Part shown: positions 22,451 through 32,622 of the stretch, in pieces | Numbering within the stretch: the stretch's first letter is position 1 | Layout: each line of letters starts with the position of its first letter | NCBI RefSeq assembly: GCF_038025025.1 | Contig: NW_027117341.1 | Span: 372,001-436,000 of the forward strand | Direction of reading: 5' to 3' | Length of the DNA: 64,000 nt | Origin: Phyllosticta citribraziliensis | Taxonomy: Eukaryota | Notes under the pieces: model-generated | Told to the model about the DNA's origin: nothing | Seen by the model: only the letters and a program-made list of their open reading frames with translations | Database searches by the model: none | Made by a program: the position numbers and the translations under genes

Positions 22451-25400
22451 CCCGTCCACCCGCCCGCCTGCCTGCGCCGGCACCACACCAGCCTTTCTTC
22501 ACCGCTTCTTCATCGACGAACGAACGCCGTGCTGTGCTTGGCTTGGCTGCTGCCCTGTGCCTGTGCCTGTGTCCCTACGCACCTCCGCACCTCTGCACCC
22601 ACCTATGTGCCTATGTACATACCAGCCGACCACCAATCTTCCTCACTCACTCACTTACGCGCGCTTGTCGCCAACTTGTCTTTCTGCGCGGTACCTTACC
22701 TTACCTCGTCTCATCTCACCTACCAGCCAGCCAACCAACCACTTTTCAATTTCCCTTTCCGCTCACCTGCGCACCGCGTGCCGCGTTTCTGCCTGCTCGC
22801 CCGCCCGCTCGCCCGTTGACGAGCAACAAAACGTGGTTCACGCAAAGTAAGCATCCGCAAGCGTGCGGCGGCGCAGTTCGGCAACAGCGTTTTTGCTGCG
22901 GCTTTGCGTCTGGGCGTGGGTTCTGTTCATGCGCGCGAGACGGGTCGGAAGGGCGCACGGGTGAAGAACAGGGGTGGGTCAGGGGTTTCGTTTGGTTGCT
23001 TCGATCCTTCGTGTAGCGGAGGCCGCGGCGTCATGCAAGGGGGTGTGGGGGTGAAGAGTGTGTCTGCTGAGTGACGATGAATGATGACGAAGCAATGGTG
23101 CTGTGGAGGGGAGTGAAGAAGATGGCCCGGGGGTGATGTGCTGGAGTTTGGTTGCTTTCATCCTTCGTTTCTTCTTGATGCGGGAATGCAAGGAGTGAGG
23201 TAGGAGTTGAGGCGGTGATGAAGAAAGTCAAAGGTGATGGGGGTGTGAGATGTGAGGCGGTACCTTCATGTTTCTTCGAGGCCTATGCAAGGTGAAGCAG
23301 AAGGAAGAGCCCGGGTGAACTGTGTTGTGGATGTGATGTATCGCTCACTCACCAGCCGTTCGCCGCGCGCCTGCCTGAAGATTCTGACCTGTCGATATCT
23401 TTCCAGAAGAGGGTACTTGCATCCAAGCTCGCGATGTAGAAGAGATCGTCCTCAGTCCCGCGCTACGTGTTCTCCGGGCGCCTGTAGCAAATCAGCGTGC
23501 GCTTTCCATGCGTGACGGCAGAGAGGATGGGAATAAGTTTGGTACAGTATCATGTTTTGACTTTTGTCCAGGTCGACGCGAGGTAAGGAGGAGCGGGACA
23601 TGTAAATAAGCTCTTGAAGGATTGGTGTAGAGGCTCGATTTTGGTGGATGTGCAGGTCGACTCGTCGGCGCTCCGCCGGGGATGTGCTGTTCTCCTAATC
23701 CGTCAGCAGAACCGTGGCCCTTCTGTTCATGCAGGACGGAAGGAAGACTCAGGGAGGACTGAGGGTGCCGTCATGCTTTGTTCCAATTGGAAGCAAGGCA
23801 ACGCAAGGCAAGTTCCATCACAGAGGTGGGTGATGGTTGGTTGAATGAATGCGTGCGAGGATCCTGGGAAGTGTGTCTCTGGATATAGCTGTCTGCATTT
23901 CTGTCGGCCTCTCCTGTGGACGTGCAGTTCCGGTCAATGACAAGAAGAGAAAGGGGGATTCTGGTCGAGGCAAGGTAAGGGCGGCTGCGGTATGATTTTG
24001 TATGTGTTTACTGACTGCTGAGCGGCCGTAAGATCCAAGCCAGCCCCGGAGTTCGGGTCAGGCAAGTAGATTCCGTGCGGATGCTGTACAATTCAAGACT
24101 CGAACGCGATACGGCCTTTTGATCGCAGTTTCTAGCGTCATGGGCCGTTGCGGGTGCAATGGACGGCTGTCACCTAACTGTACAGCAGGTGTCACAGAAG
24201 TCTGCGCAAGACACGCTGACGGTGCCCTGCTTTGTGTTCAGCATCTTTGGCAGCCAGGCAAGTCAACGCTTGTGTTGCCTTCGAGGAAATGGTCACAGGA
24301 TTCGCTTGGTGAGTTGGTGCAAACGGAAGTAAGGCGTGTTTACCTTGGGCTTCCATGAGAAGACCAATGACGTGACGTATGACTTACCAACCACAACAGT
24401 TGTACCGGCATGAGGTGCCTGAAAGCAGGACTTGTCCATCACGGCTTGTTGCACAGGCCTCGTTTGAGGATGCGGCTCTGAGGATATGCTTTGTACAGTG
24501 ATGGAGTGTTGGGCAGCGACTGCCCCCAACACAAGTTAGGCATCCGTCTCGCGTGAACGTGCGTAAAGGTCGTTCCCTTATCAGAAAAGTCAATCTATTT
24601 TGCGGCTCTTTTGGTTTCGCTTCATTGGTCATGATGGAAGTAAGGCGACTGGTATTCCGAAAGAAGGCAATTCCTGCAATTTCGAGCGCGCTTAGAGCCG
24701 CAATGTATGCGATTATCCGCGTCCAAGTCGAAGAGATTTAGTTGGTCGTGCTACAGGCGTCCAAAAAGGGCTTAGGGATTACAGGGCGCCGTCTCGCCTA
24801 CGATCTACCGGTACTGCAGCTTTCCATTGCCAACAGGTAGGTAGTCGCCGCAGTGCGTGCTGCACGCAGAGAATTCTGGCGTTTGGGTATTTCGACGAAG
24901 ACCTGCAATGACCTGCGGTCAGAGCCAGGTCAGTTCCAATGATGCGCTGGCCTTGTCATGTTGTCAGGCGATGCAATTCAAATGTTGTGCAATGTTCAGC
25001 CTCATAGCCCCGGGGAATCTTTGACAAAGACACTGGTCCTGTCCCCCTGGTGTGTCCCAGCAAAATTCCTTCGAAACAGCGAAGTATGCCCGCAGTCTTG
25101 TGCCAGAGCTTTTACTGTCAGTCTCCCGAAATTAAGCGCTGCGGCCTGAGGCTTTAGAGATGTAAAATGCACAGAGCGAGGCAGGGTAGGCCCCGACGTC
25201 AGCTCCCGCGATTTGGAAGGCCGTGCACTGCTCCAGTGCATGATGTCCGTACCACAAAAAGCTCGCAGAACTATCTGACTTATCTTGCGCCCTCGTCTGT
25301 TCGAGATGCCGGATCAAAACAAGCCCAGCTCCGGAAGTCAGCTTCCAGGTTGATGATTGTGAAAGAGAGATGTCGGGAGGGCCAACTTTTTGCAGTACAA

Positions 25401-25599
25401 GCGCTTCATCTTACCCTTAGCATTCAAGTGGGGCGCAGATCTGCGACAGGGATCTGATTCAGGTCAAAAAGCACTAACCCAACGTTAAAGTATAGCAGCG
25501 TGCAGACAACCTGCCCCCCGTGAGCCACTGCTTTCATTGTTGACGAATTACAGCTTTGGTAAGGATGAGAAGAAAGCACTGTGGCACAGACTTTCGGCA

Positions 25600-27300
25600 A
25601 GATTACATTACCCCAAAAGCGAGATGGGGATTTGAACACAATGAGATCGCAGTAAGCTGAAGCTTTTCATTGGGCAGACAAAGCCATCCGGCGCAGTATC
25701 TGCGAAATCAAGGTATTTGCCTTCATTGTTTACATCAGCAGCTGGGTCGAAGTCCTTCAGGTACAAGACTGACGAAGTGCTCGTTCGCTCCTGCAGGACC
25801 CGTGAATTGTGGTACAAGGACAGCGACGGCCGGTCCACCAACGAGCAAGTGCAGGGTACCAGATGCTGTGTCATTTGCGAGAGCCGCTTCCCCGAGGACC
25901 GCCAAGATCGAGAGTCCTTTGAAGTGGGCTTGACATCAAGAGAGGAGTAAAGGCAGGTCGCCCGGAGGTTTTCTAACAGCGCCACTTCCCACATGTTGAT
26001 AGTTACCTTGTGGCTTCATTGTCTTGTACAGATTCTTGGTAAGACAATTCGCTGTCAAGGGAGGCCACACAGTAGAGTTCCTCTCCCGCAGTGGTCTTGG
26101 ACATGAACGGTGGCACAGAGTGAGTTGAATTGTTGCAGGTGCAGTATGCCGCAAAAGGACCTCGCACCCGGGGCACCACCACTCGGGGGTGCCGAATAAG
26201 TTTCCAGGATAATAACCCTGCCAAGCCACACGGACGCCATCAATGAAAAGCATAGACTAATCGACAGTCCGCAGGGATACATACAGTGAGATCAGAATGG
26301 TGCAGCTTTCATACATCGCCCAGTACCGGCCCGCGACGACCCCCCGGTCTCCGAGGCATTCCACACGACAGGGCTACCGCGCGTGTAGTATCCAGACTAC
26401 TGGAAAGGGACAGTCATGGTCGCTTTTCTCCGCCGTCGTGTCTCCTTATTCATCGTCAACCTCGAAGAAGCGACTCGCTTGGTCAGTGCCGGTTTTGAGG
26501 AATTGCTGCTGGGCGTCAGTGAATAGCGTCCTTGCCGTCTCTCTTTCCCACGGTCCCTTGGATTTGTTCCCGCTTTGAACCGTCATCAGCATGCACCTGG
26601 GACGGGCCGTGTCCTTGCGTCAGTGGAGTGGCCTAGTGTTGCATCCCTGGATGTCTCCGATGCCGCCTCTGCTGCTGCTGCGGGATGGAAAGCCTCCCGT
26701 TTCCGAGTCCGTCCTTGTTATCGACCCCCAGCCCCTTTGGATATCACTGACGACACCAGAAGTGGACCTCTGCGAAGCGTCGCCGGCTTGTCGACCTTGC
26801 ATTGGTTGAAATTGTTCCCCAATCTACTGCCTCGCATGGCATCCTTTCCGCGGTTGGGTGTTGTTCCAGGTTTCGATGCGTCTTCACCGCTCCTACATAC
26901 CATCCCGTTGATGACCCTGACAGAAATGCAGGCTTGAGGTCTGTTCTCGGTCGAGATCTCTATCGTCCTGGCTTCTCGAGGGGGAATTTCACGCGTCAAG
27001 CTCGTCTCTTGAAACTTCCGACGAGGGTCACTCGGCGATTCTTCCTGCTTGCCGCGGGCCCCCTGCTCAGCACGAAAAGTGAGTTCAATGTGTTGGAGGG
27101 AGGTTGCTACGGAGCGAACCTTGCTTCCAATGCTCACTGCTTTGACATGCACATAGTACATTCGGTGAAGGCTTCGCGTCATTCGACCACCGCAATACCT
27201 TCCCCTCTTGCCGCCGCAATGCAGGTTTAGATTCATGGACCTAGGAAGACGTCGGTGTATCGTCCACTGGCTTCTCGGAAGTGATTGCTTCTGATGTAGA
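25600..27300 (-). pseudogene. Possible decayed Cys/His-rich gene relic
   Basis: Protein-like fragments in shifting frames broken by stops (KGPWERETARTLFTDAQQQFLK, HDCPFP, EWWCPGCEVLLRH, LYLKDFDPAADVNNEGKYLDF, FVCPMKSFSLLRSH); no intact ORF. Confidence 0.25.
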
Positions 27301-28119
27301 GCTGGTCCTATGGGGGAGTCTCGCGACTATGGCGTGGAAGAGTGTGTTGTTCTCGCCTATGCGCCATTGAAGTCGCACACACACACACTGACATACCATC
27401 CACCCTTCGTCGTCCAGGGCAAGTCAACCTTGCCTCGATCTTCTCCAGCCCGTCTTCGTGGTCGTTCCGGGCTCATCCATGTCTCAATTTCCATTCACCG
27501 CCCCTCCATGACCCACTGACGCATGCAGGCGCATCACATCGTCAGGGCTATGGTGCAGCATTCTTCGACAAGAACCCCTTGCGAGCACGCTTCTTGTACC
27601 AGCTCTTAAAGATATGTCGATACCCGCGGATAGATGCAGTTTCTCCCCCCTTTTGCTGCCATTTTGAGCAATCCGAGTCACAATTGCCTGCCGACAGGGG
27701 ACTTTGGAAGCACCGATGATGGTCCTCCCTTCGAGTCGGACAACCAGCGCCATGCCCAGTCCGCGTACGAGCCGCCTCGATTCCGCGTCGCCACTCTTGC
27801 GTATTCCTGGACTGCATGCGAGCACAGTCTCCGGACCAAACACACAATTTTCGGGGGTTGAAGACCTTGCTTGATGGATCCTGGAGATGGCGATACCGGA
27901 AGACGCCCTGCATTGTAGCACGCCGATGTTGCGGATATGACAAAAGAAACAGGACAGGAGTGGAAGTAAGCTGGCGCTTCGAGTATAAATCAGGGGCTTG
28001 GGTCGCTGTTGAAGTTCTCATCTCATCAGCAAGCTCTGCTTCTTCACAGTTCCCCCTCAGACGTCTTTCGGAAAACCTCTTATCATTGAGTCCCGCGATT
28101 TACCAAAACTTCTTTCAAA

Positions 28120-29708
28120 ATGTCGACGTACTCCAGGATTGAAGACATCGAAGCCATGTCTGCTGAACGTTTCATAAACGTCTACGAGAAAGTGACGGGA
28201 AGAGCCTTTGTTGAAGGAGGCGATAAGTAAGTTGGATCAGATTATGACATGCATCAATGAAGGCTGACTCGACGGATAGCAAGTGCGAGGTCCTGTGGCT
28301 TTCTTGCAACCTTGAAGATCTTCAGTACTGGAAATTCGTCGTGAACGATCCTACCCTGGCGAGGACAGTCATCCTCATTGTGCTCGATGACTCGACCTTT
28401 TCGGAGGCTCTCCTCGATCCTGGAGTGCTCAGGGAACTAGCTGGACCGCACTTGAACCAGAATTGCATTCTCCAAACCAGCACGAGCAATCCAAGTTTCC
28501 AGCGTGATTGGCGTCGCCAGTTGGCTCTGAAATCGCATCGACCTCAGGTGCGAGAGCAGATGCTTGTTCGCCAATGCGAATGGATGAGGAACCAGGTGGA
28601 GGCACATTTGGACATCCGGGACAATATGTTGGACAAGGAGCTTTTCCGCCAGACATTGAAAAGAAATCTTCTTCCCAACTTCACCAAGGTTGATCTCACG
28701 AACCTGCCAACAGAGAGACTCGTCTACTCCCGACCGGAACAGTCCTACACCCCTCCATCTCGATCTCCAAGTGTCCTGCAATGGGAGGATGAGTATCCAG
28801 AGGGTCCACTCCCGGTGACTGGAGTCCGACCGCGCAATTTCTGGCCTTGGTCCTCTCGCGATGCTAGTGACCGTTTAGAGGACATGGAGCAGGGCTTTGC
28901 TCCAGCCACCAACACGTGCCTCCACCTACCGCCGAGATGTGTTCCCTTCCGTGGCATCAGCATCATCCTTTCAGTCTTGCGGGAATTCTCGAAGCGCCTT
29001 ACAGAGTTTTCAATCATTCCCGGTTCGGATTATCCAGAAAAGCTTCTCAGGGGTACTCATTCGGCATACCAGACTGGATTTCCCATGACTTTCTTCTTGC
29101 CTCCTTTCAGCAACAGGTTCCAGCAGCAAGTTTCTGACCTTGAATGGGTTGTTGAAAATCTCACAACATTCCGACTTGTGGCCGGCTGCTCGGGCCTTCA
29201 AGCAGGCGAAACTTTCTCTGGATTTTTCCAGCTCCTCTCCAGGGCTAGGAAACTCAAGTCACTCCAACTTCATATTGAAGAATGGAGAGATGATCCTCGC
29301 GATGTCCTCGATTCTATTTCTTCACCCTCCTTGAAGGAGGTTGACTTTGATGGAATCGAGTTCTCTAGACACGCTTTCTTGAAATTCCTCAGCAAACATC
29401 CAAACCTCAAGAGCCTTTCGCTGTATGGATGTCTCTACAAAGGTCAATGTTGGTGGGAACTTCTTACTGCAGCGAGAGTCACGCACTCGCTTCTCCGGAC
29501 CGAGAAGCTCTACATCAACCAAGCCGTCTGGCGACATCCGGACGGTGATTACGCAGAGGAAGACCGTCTGGAGCTCCCTGAGATGTCGCGCGAATACGGT
29601 ATGGCACGCTGGGGACGTTGGATGGCAGATCCCAGGAAGGAGACATTTCCTTTTCAAGACGGCACCTCTGGGTCTCTTCCACGCTCTGCAGGCGCAGGCC
29701 GACTTTAG
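28120..29708 (+). CDS. F-box-associated/RNI-like leucine-rich-repeat protein, lineage-specific, F-box degenerate
   Basis: ATG 28120; intron 28227-28279 (GTAAGT...GCTGAC...TAG) joins in frame to ORF 28257-29708; LRR-like units LKSLQLHI, LKEVDFDGI, LKSLSLYGC; post-F-box segment DPTLARTV..IVLDDSTF. Confidence 0.7.
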
Positions 29709-30233
29709 GACATGCCAAATTTGCCGCTCGGTTGACTTGTTTGCTGTCCTTTCCTTTCTTCACTCCAACAGTCGGCTTCCAGCAGCCTGGCGAGGATTGA
29801 TTTCAAATTCTTCCTTCCATCCTCAACCTTTCAATATCCTCTCTTGCGTCTCTTTGCTCTTCTGCTCTTCTGCTTCTCACCGCTTCATCGAGGCGAGGTC
29901 TCTCCCTTGTGAAGCAGCATTCTTTTCCTTGGATGTATTGTTAGTTTCCCAATACTTCATAGCCAATGCGACGTCCTACCTCCGAGTCCTTTGGTGTTCT
30001 TTGGCGTTTGTCAAAATGGTCGCACGGGTGTAGGTTGAGCGGTGGGCGGGGCCCGACGGTTCGGCTGCGGGGTCGCAATCTGGGGTAAGGTAAGCTCACC
30101 TGAGCTAGAAAATCCCCGCTCCGCCGTCATCTTCTCCTGAACAACCCTCCGCTTCTTCTCTCCCAATACCTCAATTGACCTCAATTCTTCGATCCAGACC
30201 TCAATTGCTTCCTCGGTTCATTTCGCCGGCAAG

Positions 30234-31295
30234 ATGAGTGCAGTCGCCGAACCCAGCGAGGTGACCCCTCCCGCCATCCAGGTGCTCATCTGCTTGCACC
30301 CCACATTCGACATGATAGACTTTTCCGGTCCTCTCGATGTCTTGTTCCATGCGCGTCACGACCCCAAGGTTCCCGGTAAGCACCCTGGTCAAGCTTGAGC
30401 CTCTTTTCCAGGCACATTGAGTCTCTCCGATACCGGCCCAAGTCAATGTCTTCCCAGTCTTGTTTACTCATGTCAATGTGCTTACCACGCCCGACACGCC
30501 TTTCATGCCGTATTTCTCTGGTGTGCTTCAAGACTAAACACCCCAATAGGCGGCGAGGCCTTCAAAATCACCTGGGCTTCGGCGACCGAGTACACGAGTT
30601 CGGCCCAAGGCGCCGTGATCCGTCGGCAAATTGATTATGAAGACGCGCAAGCCGACATAGAAGACTACGACGTGCTCGTCGTGCTGGGCGGACCCGTCGA
30701 CGGCCCCATGGACGAGTTGATCAAAGCGGACGAGGAGCCCATCCCGCTGATCAGGGCGTTTGCGGAGCTGCAGCAAAAGGATCCAAGCAAGGAGCGCACG
30801 ATCCTCAGCATCTGCACCGGCAGCCTGTTCCTGGCCAAGGCGGGCGTTCTGCAGGGACTGGCGGCGACGACGCACCCAGACTTCTTCACGCGCCTCGAGC
30901 TGCTGTGCCAGCAGGCGGCGTCGACCGGCGACCTGGCTCAAACTGATGTCATGGAGGAGCGCTACGTCGTCAACAACGCCCGTTTCGACCTGGGCGACGA
31001 CGAGGACGAGAACCCCTTCATCTTTCGCAAGCGCCCCGACGGCCGTCGCAAATCGAATGCGCGCAAGGGCAGCAACGCCTGGCGCGAGGGCCGCAGGCGC
31101 GCCTCCATGGTCCGTCGCGCGAGCATGAGGCTCGGTGGCCTCCGCCTCATCACCAGCGGCGGCGTCACGGCTGGCATCGATGCCACGCTGTACCTCGTGG
31201 CGGCCATGGTGTCCCACGAGGCGGCGATTGAGTGTGCCCGCATCTTGCAGTACGAGTGGCGCAAGGGCGTCACCGTCGATGGCATCGACGTTTAG
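30234..31295 (+). CDS. DJ-1/PfpI (ThiJ) family protein, isonitrile-hydratase-like branch
   Basis: MSAVAEPSE...FDMIDFSGPLDVL; intron ~30376-30549; YDVLVVLGG, nucleophile elbow SICTGS, ATTH, ITSGGVTAGIDATL. Confidence 0.9.
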
Positions 31296-31863
31296 ACAAC
31301 CAGAGCGGGAAGAGCGGACCTCCGTGAGGGAGAGGAGCGACTCTGGCGATTGTTTGCTCGCCTAGCCTGATTGCTCATTTGCTCAACGTCAACCAAAAAT
31401 CTCATAAAAACTTTCATGCATCATTCAAACAGGAACATCTCGATCGACCGTTGACCCTTTTCCTCTGTCTCTTCAAACAAATCGTACCCAACCTCGCCAA
31501 CCTCGAATCAATTCTCTTACCTTGCAGCATCACCGACGAACAGATTTACCTCGCATAATATTCCAAAAACGTCTCAGACAGAAGGGAAAGGAAACCCCCC
31601 ATCCAAAAAAGCAAGTGGTTCATTGCTCATTGTTCCTCGGATACACATCTTGTGCATGTTCCTAGGTACTTATTCAAAAGCCAAGAAGGCGCGTCTCCTT
31701 AACATCTCGACTGCATGCACCTCACCATGTATGCATGTAGGTCGGTTGATTGAATGTGGACTCCTTGTTCTGCCAGACGGACTAATTGGCTACGTTTCTA
31801 AACACCTTTTCCCTATTTTCAGATTGATCACGCACTCTTTCACTTCATACACACCTCATCGCA

Positions 31864-31892
31864 CCCCCCCCCCCCCCCCCCCCCCCCCCCCC
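31864..31892. repeat. C29 homopolymer
   Basis: 29 consecutive C in the convergent intergenic region. Confidence 0.9.
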
Positions 31893-32622
31893 TGGCCGTC
31901 CTATCCAAGCACATGACAGTCGAACACCTCGCCCACAACTCGCCATCCATTGCAACATTCAAGTTTAATTCACCCATCAATTCTTGCAGCAATCGACGTC
32001 CATACCTCTATCCGCCAATGCCCCTATGAGATGTGCTGTCCTGTCCAATCCACATCAACATCATCATCCCCTCTACCTGCCTCTCAGCCTTTCTCTCACC
32101 CTCTTCGTGTGTCTGTTCTGTACGGTATCTCATTCCCACGTCCCTACGTCCCTACGTATGTAGCGTAGCCCACGCCCTGTCTGCGTAAGCCTTCCTAGCA
32201 CTTAGCATCTCAACCCGCTTGCTTACACACTGACCAAGGTCCAGTTCCCACCTGCCTGCCTGTCGACCTGCTTAGACCCCTTCAACCCCATGCCCTGTGC
32301 CCTGGGCCTTCTGCCACCCGCTGCCGTTTGTTCATGTAGTTGAGAAGAAAAAGGGGGACAAGAGAAGAAGAGAGGAGAAGTATGCAACCAGAACCCGAAA
32401 CCTAGAAACAACCCCGAGAGAAGAGACTCCGCATCTCCGCATGCACAACCATCGCCTTTGGCCAGAGATGGGAGTGGAGAAGAGGAGAGCAAGAAAAACC
32501 GAGCGACCAACGCTCCTCCACGCGTTAAACCAACGCCCGAGCCCGAGCCAACCACACACATCGCACCGCGCGCCTTCTCTCTCTTTCTTTGTCTCGCAAC
32601 ACGCTCGCTTTTGCGCTCTACC

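Noticed and set aside
21805..23016. 403-codon ORF as a protein-coding gene
   Set aside because: No ATG anywhere in the frame, Ser/Arg/Leu/Cys composition typical of non-coding DNA, and the repeat copies are not kept in one reading frame.
13015..29708. Cullin-1 plus F-box-like gene as an SCF cluster
   Set aside because: They are ~13 kb apart with unrelated genes between, and F-box genes are numerous in fungi.
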